Shown piece by piece: positions 1-11,606 of a stretch of 39,740 nucleotides of DNA. Origin of the DNA: an uncultured Gammaproteobacteria bacterium (lineage in GTDB: Bacteria > Pseudomonadota > Gammaproteobacteria > UBA9214); NCBI GenBank assembly GCA_905479705.1, contig CAJQNP010000170.1, positions 1-39,740 on the forward strand. The letters run 5' to 3'. Under the pieces are notes generated by a model. The model saw nothing but the letters and a program-made list of their open reading frames with translations. It searched no databases and was not told the DNA's origin. A program made the translations under genes and the position numbers. Each line of letters starts with the position of its first letter. Positions within the stretch are counted from its first letter, which is position 1.

Positions 1-1062
1 ACCGGCCGCCACCGTCGGCGGACGAATCGCGCTGATGAGGATTCCGCGCTCGCGCAACGCCTCGCTGAGCTGCAGTGCCCGTTCGGCGTCGCCCACCAGC
101 AGGGGTTGTATCGGGGTGTGCGAGTCACACAGCGGCAGGCCCAGTTGTGCGGCCCCGCGGCGAAAACGTTTAATCAATTGTTGCAAGCGTTCACGCCGCC
201 AGTCGTCCTGGCGCACGCGCTGCAGCGCCGCACGGGTTGCACAGGCCAGTGCTGCCGGCGGTGCCGTCGTGTATATATAGGTACGCGCATGTTGTATCAG
301 TGTCTCGATCAGCGCCTCGTCACCGGCGACAAAGGCCCCGAAGGTACCGAAGGCCTTGCCCAGCGTGGCCATGAGAATCGGCACGTCGCTGACACCCAGG
401 CCGGCAGCGGCAACACTGCCGCGACCCTGCGGACCGAGCACACCCAGGCCGTGGGCGTCATCGACCATCAGCCAGGCATCGTGTTGTGATGCCAGCGTCG
501 CCAGTTCCCCCAGCGGTGCACTGTCGCCATCCATGCTGAACACGCCATCGGTTGCGACCAGCCATTCGCCTTTCGTTGATTCAGCAAGGCGTCCAGCCAG
601 GTCGTGCATGTCATTGTGCCGGTAGCGCAGCAGGCGCGCATGGCTCAGGCGGGCCGCATCCAGCAGCGAGGCATGATTGAGGCGGTCTTCAAAGACCCGG
701 TCGCCACGACCCAGCAGCGAGGCCATTACACCGAGGTTGGCGCTGTAGCCCGTGGAAAACAGCAGCGCCCGCGGACGCCGGACAAAGTCCGCAAGCTCCT
801 CTTCCAGCAGATGATGGGCGCGGCTGTGTCCGCTGATCAGATGTGCCGCGCCGCTGCCGCAACCGAACGCGTCCAGCCCCTTATGAAAGGCGGCCACGAC
901 GTCGGGGTCGTTTGCCAGGCCGAGGTAGTCATTGCTGCAAAACGACAGGTACGCCTGGCCCTCGATCTGCACCCGGACACCCTGCGGGCCATCAAGCACC
1001 TGGCGACGGCGGTAGAGGTGTTGTACGTGGCGCTCTTGTAGCTGTTTTGAAAGGTCTTTCAT
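1..1062 (-). CDS. bioF: 8-amino-7-oxononanoate synthase, C-terminal end cut by the window edge
   Basis: Absent from the ORF track because it is open at the window edge. My minus-strand translation from the ATG at 1062-1060 reads [53 protein letters not shown]... It has a PLP-lysine context [15 protein letters not shown] (codons checked around 355-372) and no stop before position 1. It lies directly downstream of bioB on the same strand. Confidence 0.85.
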   Translation of the reverse strand, partial: MKDLSKQLQERHVQHLYRRRQVLDGPQGVRVQIEGQAYLSFCSNDYLGLANDPDVVAAFHKGLDAFGCGSGAAHLISGHSRAHHLLEEELADFVRRPRALLFSTGYSANLGVMASLLGRGDRVFEDRLNHASLLDAARLSHARLLRYRHNDMHDLAGRLAESTKGEWLVATDGVFSMDGDSAPLGELATLASQHDAWLMVDDAHGLGVLGPQGRGSVAAAGLGVSDVPILMATLGKAFGTFGAFVAGDEALIETLIQHARTYIYTTAPPAALACATRAALQRVRQDDWRRERLQQLIKRFRRGAAQLGLPLCDSHTPIQPLLVGDAERALQLSEALRERGILISAIRPPTVAAG

Positions 1063-1077
1063 AACCAGGCACTGGCC

Positions 1078-1139
1078 GTAGGAGCGGATCGCATCCGCGA
1101 CTTGTCTTCACAAAGGTCGCGGATGCGATCCGCTCCTAC
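1078..1139. repeat. REPIN-like doublet: two 24-nt REP units in inverted orientation, 14-nt spacer
   Basis: GTAGGAGCGGATCGCATCCGCGAC (1078-1101) is the perfect reverse complement of 1116-1139. Each unit also holds its own small palindrome GCGGAT-CGC-ATCCGC. Lies in the bioB-bioF spacer. Confidence 0.85.
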
Positions 1140-1179
1140 AGGTGAATAAACGAGCGCAGAAAACAACACACGGACGCGC

Positions 1180-2160
1180 TTACGCCGGATGCAGGCCCAG
1201 CTTTGCAAACAGGGCATCGTCGGCCGCGGTATCCGGGTTACCCGTGGTCAGCAGTTTCTCGCCGTAGAAGATCGAATTCGCACCGGCATGAAAACACAGC
1301 GCCTGCATCTCGTCGCTCATCCCGGTACGGCCGGCCGACAGGCGCACGTAAGATTGCGGCATCAGGATGCGCGCCGTGGCAATGGTACGCACGAACTCGA
1401 TGGCATCGATGTCCGTCTGTTCATCGAGCGGCGTGCCCTCGACCCTGACGAGCTGGTTGATTGGCACGCTGCCGGGATGTTCCGGCAGGTTGGCCAGCTC
1501 ACATAACAGCGACACGCGGTCTTCACGTCCCTCGCCCATGCCGACGATGCCACCGCAGCAGACATTGATGCCCGCCTCGCGCACATGCGTGAGGGTATCG
1601 AGGCGATCGTCATAGGTGCGGGTGGTGATGATGTCGGCGTAGAACTCGGGCGAGGTGTCCAGGTTGTGGTTGTAGTAGTCCAGCCCGGCCTCCTTCAGGG
1701 CCACGGCCTGGTCGGCATCGAGCATGCCAAGCGTGGCGCAGGTCTCCAGTCCTTCCGCCTGCACCCTACCCACCATCTCGAGCACGCGCTCAAAATTCTT
1801 TCCCTTCGGATTACGCCACGCGGCACCCATGCAGAAACGCGAGGCACCGGCCTGCCTGGCGCGCCGCGCGGCCTCCACGACCGCGTCGATGTCCATCAGC
1901 TGTTCGGGTTCCAGTTCGGTCTCGTAGTGCACGCTCTGCGGACAGTACTTGCAGTCCTCCGGGCAACCGCCCGTCTTGATGCTCAGCAGGGTGCTCACCT
2001 GAACCGCGCTGGGGTCGAAATACTGCCGGTGTATGGTCTGCGCCTGAAACAGCAACTCGTTGAATGGTAATGCAAATATGGCCCTGACCTGGTCACGTGA
2101 CCAGTCATGGCGTACACCATGTTCAGGCTTGTCCGACAGACAGGCGGATGGGTTGTTCAT
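1180..2160 (-). CDS. bioB: biotin synthase (radical SAM)
   Basis: 326-aa ORF with the radical-SAM cysteine motif [13 protein letters not shown]. Biotin-synthase-like sequence throughout. Adjacent to bioF. Confidence 0.95.
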   Translation of the reverse strand: MNNPSACLSDKPEHGVRHDWSRDQVRAIFALPFNELLFQAQTIHRQYFDPSAVQVSTLLSIKTGGCPEDCKYCPQSVHYETELEPEQLMDIDAVVEAARRARQAGASRFCMGAAWRNPKGKNFERVLEMVGRVQAEGLETCATLGMLDADQAVALKEAGLDYYNHNLDTSPEFYADIITTRTYDDRLDTLTHVREAGINVCCGGIVGMGEGREDRVSLLCELANLPEHPGSVPINQLVRVEGTPLDEQTDIDAIEFVRTIATARILMPQSYVRLSAGRTGMSDEMQALCFHAGANSIFYGEKLLTTGNPDTAADDALFAKLGLHPA

Positions 2161-2228
2161 AGGCTTGCGGGACCCCGGTTACAGTGGCCGGAAACTATGG
2201 GACGGATGATTTTTCCTGTCAACCAATA

Positions 2229-2942
2229 ATGGACACGATGGTTTACAAGTGCGTACAGCACCTGCAGACGCTGCTGTTTCCGTCCGTGTGCCGCCTGTGT
2301 GGCGCGGCCAGCGGTCGAGTGCCAGGCCTGTGCATGCCCTGCCTGGCGGATGCACCCTGGATCACGACGGCCTGCCCGTGTTGCGGCCGGGCGCTACCGG
2401 CAGCGCATGACGCGCAATTCTGTGGCCGCTGCCAGCGTCACCCGCCCGCCTTTGATGCCACCACGGCGCTGTTTCACTACCGGCCGCCAATCGACTACCT
2501 CGTCAAGCGCATGAAGTTCTCCGGGGAACTCACCCTGGCACCCGTGCTGGCGAGCCTGCTGGCAGCGCGCCTGCGCACCCGTGCCGCAGCACTGCCCGGG
2601 TTGCTCATCCCGGTACCCTTGCACCGCACTCGCCTGCGCGAGCGCGGCTTCAACCAGGCCACCGAACTGGCGCGGCGACTCGGACGCGAACTGAACATCA
2701 GCACCGGGCTGCGCTGCTGTCAACGCCATCGCAACACACAACCCCAGTCGTTGTTGCCAGCCACCGCCCGGCGCATCAACCTGCGCAATGCCTTCAGCGT
2801 GCGCAACATCCCGCGCGCCCGTCACGTCGCCATTGTGGATGACGTCATGACCACCGGGCACACCAGTAACGAGCTGGCGCGTGTATTGAAACAGTCCGGC
2901 GTTGAACAGGTCGAGGTGTGGGTGATAGCGCGCACGGGGTGA
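2229..2942 (+). CDS. comF: ComF-family phosphoribosyltransferase-like protein
   Basis: N-terminal Cys pairs (CRLCG, CMPC, CPCCG, CGRC) and the C-terminal PRTase signature VAIVDDVMTTGHT. The start is uncertain: GTG 2184, ATG 2229 or ATG 2238. Divergent from bioB. Confidence 0.8.
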   Translation: MDTMVYKCVQHLQTLLFPSVCRLCGAASGRVPGLCMPCLADAPWITTACPCCGRALPAAHDAQFCGRCQRHPPAFDATTALFHYRPPIDYLVKRMKFSGELTLAPVLASLLAARLRTRAAALPGLLIPVPLHRTRLRERGFNQATELARRLGRELNISTGLRCCQRHRNTQPQSLLPATARRINLRNAFSVRNIPRARHVAIVDDVMTTGHTSNELARVLKQSGVEQVEVWVIARTG

Positions 2943-2969
2943 CGCGGCAATAGAAATGTCAGTGTGAGA

Positions 2970-3839
2970 TCAGGCCAGCAGGTAGTCCAGCAGGATACCC
3001 AGAAAGACAGCGGCGCCGACCCAGTTGTTATTCAGGAAGGCCTGGAAACAACCCTCGCGGGTGCGAAAACGGATCAGGATTTGCTGATAGGCAAACAGCG
3101 CAGCGGCAGCGAGCACGCCGAGATAAAAGATGCCGCCCAGCTCGGCCTGGCGGCCGATCATCAACAGACACAGCAACACCATGATCTGCAGAAGGCCGAC
3201 GATCTGGCGATCAGAATCACCAAACAGGATGGCCGTCGATTTAACGCCCAGCGCCAGGTCATCCTCGCGGTCGACCATGGCATACATGGTGTCGTAGGCG
3301 GTCGCCCAGAGCAGCGTCGCCAGGAACATCAGCCAGGCAATCTGCGGGACCGTACCGGTCTGTGCGGCAAAGGCCATCGGGACCGCCCAGCCAAACGCCG
3401 CGCCGAGGAACACCTGTGGCAAATAGGTCACACGCTTCATGAACGGATAGATCGCGGCCAGCAGGGCACCGACCACCGACAGCGCAATGGTGAGCCTGTT
3501 CAGTTGCAGCACCAGCAACAGGGCCAGCAGACACAATACCAGGAACAGGATCTTTGCCTCCCGGGTACTGACACGCCCGGTGGCGAGCGGCCGGTTACTG
3601 GTACGCGAGACATGGCTGTCGATGTCGCGGTCCGCGTAATCATTGATGACGCAACCCGCGGAGCGCATCAGGATGACACCCAGTACGAAGATCACCAGCA
3701 CCGCGTGATCCGGATGCCCCGCGCCGGCGACAAACAGGGCCCACAGGGTCGGCCACAGCAACAGGAAAATACCGATCGGCTTGTCGAGCCGCATCAGGCG
3801 CGCGTAATCCGGCAGACGTGTCAAAAAACTCGAGGACAT
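2970..3839 (-). CDS. ubiA: 4-hydroxybenzoate polyprenyltransferase
   Basis: 289-aa polytopic membrane ORF with the UbiA prenyltransferase motif NDYADRDID. Lies immediately downstream of a ubiC-like gene. Confidence 0.9.
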   Translation of the reverse strand: MSSSFLTRLPDYARLMRLDKPIGIFLLLWPTLWALFVAGAGHPDHAVLVIFVLGVILMRSAGCVINDYADRDIDSHVSRTSNRPLATGRVSTREAKILFLVLCLLALLLVLQLNRLTIALSVVGALLAAIYPFMKRVTYLPQVFLGAAFGWAVPMAFAAQTGTVPQIAWLMFLATLLWATAYDTMYAMVDREDDLALGVKSTAILFGDSDRQIVGLLQIMVLLCLLMIGRQAELGGIFYLGVLAAAALFAYQQILIRFRTREGCFQAFLNNNWVGAAVFLGILLDYLLA

Positions 3840-3885
3840 AGTGTCAGTTATACACCCGGGAAATAGTATGTGCCGCTGACCGGCA

Positions 3886-4524
3886 TCACAGCTTTATCTG
3901 CACATCCAGCCAGGCAGGCTGTGGTCCCGTGCCGGCAGGAAAGGCCGGCAGAAAGATCTCGCTCATCAGCAGGGGACGTTTCCCCAGCCGGAACACGGCA
4001 CGACGCCCCCAGATCTCTGCAGGGCACTTGTCAAAGTCACGGGTCGCGGCCCTGTACAGGGGTTGCCCCGCGTCGAGCCGCACCAGTTCGACCGATGCAC
4101 GCCGCATACCGGGGTCGGAAAACAGCATGCCGCCCAGCGGCCGGGTGCCAAGGTGCGCCAGCCGGCGCAGCCGGCCACGCAGCGAGGTGGCAGGGATGAC
4201 GGTACGTGCGTACACCCAGGGTTCGCCGTCACAGAGCAGCTGTACCTGGCGAATGACCGCCAGGCAACCCGGCTTCATCCGCAATACCTGCGCCTCGTCT
4301 ACCGACGGCATACCCCATTGCTGCGACAGCACCCGCACGCGGAACTTGCCAGGACACAGGTGTTGCAGGCGCAGTGTCAGCGAGGCCGTATCCAGCAACC
4401 AGCCAGCCAGCCCGGACGGAATACACCCACGCAGCACGCGCCGACTCGGTTGCCAGTGGCCTGACGGACGATTGGGATCAAGTGAATTCAATGCAGTTGC
4501 ATACAGTTCCGAAACGGGCGGCAT
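3886..4524 (-). CDS. ubiC: chorismate pyruvate-lyase
   Basis: 212-aa ORF with UbiC-family-like sequence (...[12 protein letters not shown]...REVxL-type region [21 protein letters not shown]). Sits 46 nt upstream of ubiA on the same strand. The start could be further downstream. Confidence 0.7.
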   Translation of the reverse strand: MPPVSELYATALNSLDPNRPSGHWQPSRRVLRGCIPSGLAGWLLDTASLTLRLQHLCPGKFRVRVLSQQWGMPSVDEAQVLRMKPGCLAVIRQVQLLCDGEPWVYARTVIPATSLRGRLRRLAHLGTRPLGGMLFSDPGMRRASVELVRLDAGQPLYRAATRDFDKCPAEIWGRRAVFRLGKRPLLMSEIFLPAFPAGTGPQPAWLDVQIKL

Positions 4525-4578
4525 TATCGCACGAATGTGCTGCAGTTGCCGTAGGGCCTTGCTCCGGCAAGGGAATGT

Positions 4579-4641
4579 GTAGGCGCGGATCGCATCCGCG
4601 ACTTGCGCCCGGAATAAGTCGCGGATGCGATCCGCTCCTAC
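4579..4641. repeat. second copy of the same REPIN-like doublet
   Basis: GTAGGCGCGGATCGCATCCGCGAC (4579-4602) pairs with GTCGCGGATGCGATCCGCTCCTAC (4618-4641), with 1 mismatch between arms and a 15-nt unrelated spacer. Lies in the recG-ubiC spacer. Confidence 0.85.
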
Positions 4642-4674
4642 GGGTCCGTTTAACGCTGCGGGAAATATCCGACA

Positions 4675-6777
4675 TCACACCTCACCGTAGTTCACCGCCT
4701 CGCCCAGCCAGCGCCGGATCAGCGGTGACACATGCCCCGGCGCCAGTTCCATCAACTGCCCGGCGGCCGATTCCACCGCGACCAGCAGGGCCTCGTCGCG
4801 CAGCAGGTCGGCGATGTGAAACTGCATCTCGCCGGTCTGGCGCGTGCCAAGCACCTCACCGGGCCCGCGCAGCTCCATATCACGACGCGCAATCTCGAAA
4901 CCGTCGGTGCTCTCCCTGAGCACCGCGAGGCGTTCGCGCGCCTGCTCGGACAACGGCGGTTGATACAGCAGCACGCAACTGCTTTGCCGGCTGCCGCGCC
5001 CGACACGGCCACGCAACTGGTGCAGCTGCGCCAGCCCCAGGCGCTCCGGATTTTCGATAATCATCAATGATGCATTGGCTACATCCACACCGACCTCGAT
5101 GACGGTCGTCGCCACCAGCAGGTCCAGCGAGCCCGCCTTGAAGGCACTCATCAGTGTCTCCTTCTGCGCCGCGGCCAGCCGTCCGTGAACCAGGCCGATG
5201 CGTAACTCCGGCAATGACGTTGCAAGTAATTCCGCGGTCTTCTCGGCGGCCTGGCATTGCAGCACATCCGACTCCTCGATCAACGTGCACACCCAGTAGG
5301 CCTGCTGGCCGGTCGCACAGGCCTTGCGTACCGACTCGATGACCTCCTCGCGTCGCTCCTGGCCGATGGCGACCGTCTTCACCGGCTGACGGCCGGGTGG
5401 CAGTTCATCAATCACCGAGGTGTCGAGGTCGGCATACACGGTCATGGCGAGCGTGCGCGGTATCGGCGTGGCCGTCATCACCAGCTGGTGCGGCCGCTGT
5501 CCGCCCGTACGCCCCTTGTCGCGCAGCGCCAGGCGCTGGTGCACGCCAAAGCGATGCTGCTCGTCGATAATGACCAGGCCAAGACGCTGGAACTCGACCT
5601 CGTCCTGGAACAGGGCATGCGTGCCGACCGCCACTGCACCCGACCCCTCGCTGATCGCCTGCAGGGCCTGGCTGCGAGCCTTGCCCTTTGACTTGCCGGC
5701 ATGCCAGACGACCGCGATACCGAGCGGCTCCAGCCAGTCACTGAAGCTGCGGAAATGCTGCTCAGCCAGTAATTCCGTGGGCGCCATCAACGCCACCTGG
5801 TATCCCGCCTGCACCGCCATCAATGCCGCGGCGGCCGCGACCACGGTCTTGCCGGAACCCACGTCGCCCTGCACCAGCCGCGCCATCGGGTGCCGGCAGG
5901 CGACGTCCTGGCGGATCTCGCTGACGACGCGCTGCTGCGCACCGGTCAGGGTAAACGCCAGGCCCGAAATAAAATCATCCAGCAACGGCTGTGCAGCGGC
6001 AAACGCCGGCGCAGACAACTGCCGGGCACGCTGGCGCACGCGCCTCAGGCTCAGATGGTGCGCCAGCAATTCCTCGAAGGCGAGTCGCTGCTGTGACGGG
6101 TGGCGTCCGGCAGCCAGTTGTTCCAGGGGCGCATTCGGCGGCGGACGATGCACGTAGTGCAGCGCCGCCGGCAGTGACGTCAGCCGGTGTGCAGCGATCA
6201 GCTCGGCAGGCAGCCAGTCGACCAGGCCGGCGCTGCCGGCCTGGTCACCGAGGTACGCGAGCGCCTGCGTCGTCAGGTTGCGCAGGGTCAGCTGGTGCAC
6301 GCCCTCGGTTGCCGGGTAGACCGGGGTAAGGGTTTCCTCGACCGGTGGCGGTGCATCACGCGAGATCAGCGTGTACTCGGGATGGATCATCTCGGGTGCC
6401 GCCGCGCTGCCACGCACCTCGCCGTAACAGCGAATCCCCGTGCCGCGGGCAAGACCGGCCTGCTGACCGGCATTGAAGTGAAAGAAGCGCAGTGTCAGCG
6501 ATCCCGTGCCGTCACTGATGCGCACCAGCAGGTTGCGACGCCGCCCGAAGCGCACCTCGGCCAGTTCGACCTCGCCCTCTACCACCACCTGCTGGCCGGG
6601 ACGTACCGCTCCCATGGGCGTCAGTCGCGTACGGTCCTCGTAACGGGCCGGCAGGTGAAACAACACATCCTGTACCGTCTGGATGTGCAGGCGCAGCAGG
6701 CGTTCGGCCACGCGCGGACCGACACCCTTGAGCACGGTGACCGGCAAGGCATCGAGATTGTCTGCTGTGCTATTCAA
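4675..6777 (-). CDS. recG: ATP-dependent DNA helicase RecG
   Basis: 700 aa. Walker A GDVGSGKT, DExH box IIDEQHRFG and helicase C-terminal motifs (QLHQLRGRVGRG). Conserved spoT-ridA-recG order. Confidence 0.95.
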   Translation of the reverse strand: MNSTADNLDALPVTVLKGVGPRVAERLLRLHIQTVQDVLFHLPARYEDRTRLTPMGAVRPGQQVVVEGEVELAEVRFGRRRNLLVRISDGTGSLTLRFFHFNAGQQAGLARGTGIRCYGEVRGSAAAPEMIHPEYTLISRDAPPPVEETLTPVYPATEGVHQLTLRNLTTQALAYLGDQAGSAGLVDWLPAELIAAHRLTSLPAALHYVHRPPPNAPLEQLAAGRHPSQQRLAFEELLAHHLSLRRVRQRARQLSAPAFAAAQPLLDDFISGLAFTLTGAQQRVVSEIRQDVACRHPMARLVQGDVGSGKTVVAAAAALMAVQAGYQVALMAPTELLAEQHFRSFSDWLEPLGIAVVWHAGKSKGKARSQALQAISEGSGAVAVGTHALFQDEVEFQRLGLVIIDEQHRFGVHQRLALRDKGRTGGQRPHQLVMTATPIPRTLAMTVYADLDTSVIDELPPGRQPVKTVAIGQERREEVIESVRKACATGQQAYWVCTLIEESDVLQCQAAEKTAELLATSLPELRIGLVHGRLAAAQKETLMSAFKAGSLDLLVATTVIEVGVDVANASLMIIENPERLGLAQLHQLRGRVGRGSRQSSCVLLYQPPLSEQARERLAVLRESTDGFEIARRDMELRGPGEVLGTRQTGEMQFHIADLLRDEALLVAVESAAGQLMELAPGHVSPLIRRWLGEAVNYGEV

Positions 6778-6837
6778 GGCAGGCGATGTTCCGGCGTGGC
6801 TTGCCGCCGGACGCTGTGTTGCGGCAGTCGGTTACGC

Positions 6838-7227
6838 TCAGCTTGCGTCAAGCTCCATGACGGCATCCATTTCCACCTGTGCGCCCTTCGGCAGGGCCGC
6901 CACACCCACGGCCGCCCGCGCCGGATAGGGTTCCTGGAAGTAGCTCGCCATGATCTCGTTAACGAGGGCAAAGTGCCCCAGGTCGAGCAGGAACACATTC
7001 AGCTTGGCGACATCGGCAAGACTGCCGCCGGCGGCCTCCGCGACGGCCACCAGGTTATCGAAGACACGCCGTATCTGTGCCTCCATGTCACCCGCGACCA
7101 GCTCCATGCTGGCCGGGTCGAGCGGAATCTGTCCCGACAGGTATACCGTGTTGCCGCAGCGCACCGCCTGCGAGTAAGTACCGATCGCCTGTGGCGCCCT
7201 GTCTGTCTGAATCGTTGTGCGAGCCAT
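6838..7227 (-). CDS. ridA: RidA/YjgF-family reactive-intermediate deaminase
   Basis: 129 aa. Typical YjgF/RidA sequence ([12 protein letters not shown]...GQIPLDP...[20 protein letters not shown]). Confidence 0.9.
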   Translation of the reverse strand: MARTTIQTDRAPQAIGTYSQAVRCGNTVYLSGQIPLDPASMELVAGDMEAQIRRVFDNLVAVAEAAGGSLADVAKLNVFLLDLGHFALVNEIMASYFQEPYPARAAVGVAALPKGAQVEMDAVMELDAS

Positions 7228-7259
7228 TGTGTGTCCCTGTTAAAAGTAAAGAATTCTGC

Positions 7260-9413
7260 TCAGCCGCGGCTGCGGGTAATGCGGATGACCGACGGCATCT
7301 TGCGCACACCGCGCATGACACTCGCAAGGTGCAGCCGGTTATGCACGGTGATCGTAAAGCGCAGGTTGTTTGTCCGGCCGTCGCGTTCCTCGATCGCCAC
7401 GCTCTCGATGTTCGAATCGGCATCACCAATGGCCGCAGCCACCCGCGCCAGCACACCACGGCGATCCTCCACGGCCACGAGCACCTCCACCGGAAACTCC
7501 TCGTCAATCGACGGCTCCCATTGCACGTCGAGGAAATTTTCCGGCGGGTACTTGTTGTCCGAGATGTTCCTGCAGTTCACCGAATGGATCACCAGGCCGC
7601 GCCCGCCGGTAATGATGCCGACAACCGGGTCGCCCGGTATGGGACGGCAACACTTGGAAAAGCGCGTCACCATGCCCTCGCTACCCTTGATGACCAGCGG
7701 CCGCATGGCCGTCTCGCCCTCGCCCGATTCATCATCCCCGGCAGGTACCAGAGCCCGTGCCACCAGTACCGAGGGCCGCCGGCCCATGCCGATCTCGACC
7801 AGCAGGTCATCGACATCCTTCATCCTGTAATCTTTCAGCAGCGTCTTCAGCCGCTTGCTGGAGATGTCATCCGCGGTCATCTCGAACACTGCCAGAGCGC
7901 GGTCCAGCATGCGGCGCCCCAGACTGATGGCCTCCTCGCGCTTCAGGTTCTTCTGATGATGGCGGATGTTGGAACGCGCCTTCGCGGTCACCACAAAACT
8001 CAGCCAGGCAGGACTCGGCGTGGCCCCCGAGGCGGTGACGATCTCGACTGTCTGGCCATTGCGCAGTATCGTGCGCAGCGGCACCACCTGGCGGTCAACA
8101 CGCGCATCGATACAGGTATTGCCGACATCGGTGTGCACCGCATAGGCAAAGTCGATCACCGTTGATCCGTGAGGCAACTTCATGATCTCGCCAGCCGGTG
8201 TGAATACATAGACCGCATCCGGAAACAGGTCGATCTTGACGTTCTCGAGAAACTCCAGGGAATCACCGGCGCGGGTCTGCATCTCCAGCAGCTCGCGCAT
8301 CCATTCACGTGCGCCCGCATGCATCTGGTCTACGCCGGCATCGTTTTCCTTGTAGACCCAGTGCGCGGCCACACCGGATTCCGCCACGCGGTCCATTTCC
8401 TCGGTACGTATCTGCACCTCGATCGGAACGCCGTAGGGGCCAAACAGGATGCTGTGCAACGACTGGTAGCCGTTGGCCTTGGGAATGGCAATGTAGTCCT
8501 TGAACTTGCCCGGCACCGGTTTGAAGAGATTGTGCATAATGCCGAGTGCGCGGTAACAGGCATCGACATCGTTGACGATGATGCGAAAGGCATAGACATC
8601 ATAGGTCTCTTCAAAGGACAGGGTCTTGTCACGGATCTTGCGATACAGGCTGTAGAGGTGTTTCTCGCGACTGCGTACCCGCGCCGGTAAGTTCTCCTGC
8701 TGGATGCGGCGCTTGATGGCGGTCTCGATCTTGTTGAGGACTTCCTTGCGATGCCCGCGCGCCTCCAGTACGGCCTTGTTGAGCACCTTGTAGCGCAGCG
8801 GGTAGAGCGCGGCAAAGCCGAGGTCTTCGAGCTCCACGCGCAGTGCATTGATGCCCAGCCGGTTGGCAATCGGTGCGTAGATATCCAGTGTCTCGCGCGC
8901 TATGCGACGCCGCTTGTCGGGGCGCATCACGCCGAGTGTGCGCATATTGTGCAGACGGTCCGCCAGCTTGACGAGGATGACGCGGATATCGCGCACCATG
9001 GCGAGGATCATCTTGCGAAAATTTTCCGCCTGCGCCTCGGCCTGGCTCTCGAACTCGATCTGGGTCAGCTTGCTGACCCCGTCGACCAGCTCGGCAACAT
9101 CCTCACCGAACTCGGATTGGATCTGTTCCTTCGCGGTCGGCGTGTCCTCGATGACATCATGCAGGATCGCTGCAACGATTGACTTGTGATCGAGGCGCAA
9201 CTCGGCAAGGATGCGTGCCGCGGCGACCGGGTGATAGATATAGGGTTCGCCGGACAGGCGGTGCTGGCCCTCGTGGGCCTCTGCCCCGAACAGGTAGGCG
9301 CGATAGACTTCCTGAACCTGGTCCTTGTCCAGGTAGGACTCGAGCATCTGGCACAGGTCGCTGATCAGGAATCGCGATTCGTCTTCTGTTTCAATATCCG
9401 GTCTGCTTGCCAT
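7260..9413 (-). CDS. spoT: bifunctional (p)ppGpp synthetase/hydrolase
   Basis: 717 aa. HD hydrolase motif AILHDVIEDT and synthetase motif GYQSLHSILFGPYGVPIEVQIRT, with TGS and ACT-like C-terminal regions. Follows rpoZ. Confidence 0.93.
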   Translation of the reverse strand: MASRPDIETEDESRFLISDLCQMLESYLDKDQVQEVYRAYLFGAEAHEGQHRLSGEPYIYHPVAAARILAELRLDHKSIVAAILHDVIEDTPTAKEQIQSEFGEDVAELVDGVSKLTQIEFESQAEAQAENFRKMILAMVRDIRVILVKLADRLHNMRTLGVMRPDKRRRIARETLDIYAPIANRLGINALRVELEDLGFAALYPLRYKVLNKAVLEARGHRKEVLNKIETAIKRRIQQENLPARVRSREKHLYSLYRKIRDKTLSFEETYDVYAFRIIVNDVDACYRALGIMHNLFKPVPGKFKDYIAIPKANGYQSLHSILFGPYGVPIEVQIRTEEMDRVAESGVAAHWVYKENDAGVDQMHAGAREWMRELLEMQTRAGDSLEFLENVKIDLFPDAVYVFTPAGEIMKLPHGSTVIDFAYAVHTDVGNTCIDARVDRQVVPLRTILRNGQTVEIVTASGATPSPAWLSFVVTAKARSNIRHHQKNLKREEAISLGRRMLDRALAVFEMTADDISSKRLKTLLKDYRMKDVDDLLVEIGMGRRPSVLVARALVPAGDDESGEGETAMRPLVIKGSEGMVTRFSKCCRPIPGDPVVGIITGGRGLVIHSVNCRNISDNKYPPENFLDVQWEPSIDEEFPVEVLVAVEDRRGVLARVAAAIGDADSNIESVAIEERDGRTNNLRFTITVHNRLHLASVMRGVRKMPSVIRITRSRG

Positions 9414-9592
9414 GAAAGCCTGTTGCGCGGTATCTACCGAACCGGGTCCGGTTCAGCTGGCTTTGATGATAAATCAATGGCTGACCAGCGTCGCGGCTTT
9501 TTACGCACAACGGCAACAGGCACACGCCGGGGCGTGTCATGGATGATTAACGGCGGGGTTGCGGCCGGCGGCCGGGTGGGGAACTGGCCCGA

Positions 9593-9958
9593 TCAGCTCT
9601 CTGCGGCTGGCGGGGTGGTGGCGTCGGCAGCCGGTTCGGCGCTGGCAGGTGTCGCCTCGGCCGTCTCTTCCGGGGCGGCCTCTGCTGTGGTGGCCTCTGC
9701 TGTGGCGGCCTCTGCGCCCTCGACCACTTCCTCCTCTTCTTCTTCAAAGACCGGGTGTGCCGGCTCATCGAGGATGGACGGTCCGATCAGGCCCTCGGCA
9801 ATCTCGCGCAGTGCAACGATGGTGGGCTTGTCGTTTTCCCACTCCACCAGTGGCTGTACACCGTTGGACAATTGCCGGGCACGCTTGGTGGCAACCAGCA
9901 CCAGCTGAAAGCGGTTATCAACCTTGTCGAGACAATCTTCTACGGTAACGCGTGCCAT
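9593..9958 (-). CDS. rpoZ: DNA-directed RNA polymerase subunit omega, with an acidic Ala/Glu/Thr-rich C-terminal tail
   Basis: The N-terminal 70 aa are canonical omega ([30 protein letters not shown]). Residues 72-121 are low complexity ([38 protein letters not shown]...). Confidence 0.93.
   Translation of the reverse strand: MARVTVEDCLDKVDNRFQLVLVATKRARQLSNGVQPLVEWENDKPTIVALREIAEGLIGPSILDEPAHPVFEEEEEEVVEGAEAATAEATTAEAAPEETAEATPASAEPAADATTPPAAES
9677..9716. repeat. 15-nt tandem repeat (about 2.6 copies) inside the rpoZ tail
   Basis: GGCCTCTGCTGTGGT (9677-9691), GGCCTCTGCTGTGGC (9692-9706) and GGCCTCTGCG (9707-9716). On the minus strand it encodes the repeated [10 protein letters not shown] peptide. 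Confidence 0.8.
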
Positions 9959-10015
9959 GTAACTCTCCGGGAATACTGCAAATACTGATCAACGGGGCGA
10001 GCGAGTTTACCGGAA

Positions 10016-11547
<1,532 letters not shown>

Positions 11548-11606
11548 GTGAATACCTGCTGGTTAATCTTCGGGTTTATGCCTGTTTACCTGGCTGGATG
11601 ATCCTT

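Noticed and set aside
2177-2224. Possible BirA operator upstream of bioB (GGTTACA ... TGTCAACC)
   Set aside because: The half-sites resemble E. coli bioO halves but face the wrong way: GGTT.ACA then TGT.AACC, rather than TGTAAACC...GGTTTACA. The spacing is 33 nt. The evidence is insufficient.
3847-3855. Near-consensus DnaA box TTATACACC between ubiC and ubiA
   Set aside because: It is a single copy with a mismatch at the last position. Such an occurrence is expected by chance.
2964-3866. 300-aa plus-strand ORF rich in Q/H/D/R
   Set aside because: It lies exactly antisense to the well-supported ubiA membrane gene. Its composition is what results from reading hydrophobic GC-rich codons backwards, and it has no recognisable motifs.
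6187-7830. 547-aa plus-strand ORF
   Set aside because: It runs antisense across recG, ridA and the 3' end of spoT, including their intergenic spacers. It is low-complexity and R/A/G-rich. Long stop-free antisense frames are expected at about 60% GC.
9186-9908. 240-aa plus-strand ORF with an Ala/Ser-rich tail
   Set aside because: It lies antisense to the spoT 5' end, the spacer and rpoZ. The repeat-derived low complexity mirrors the rpoZ tail.
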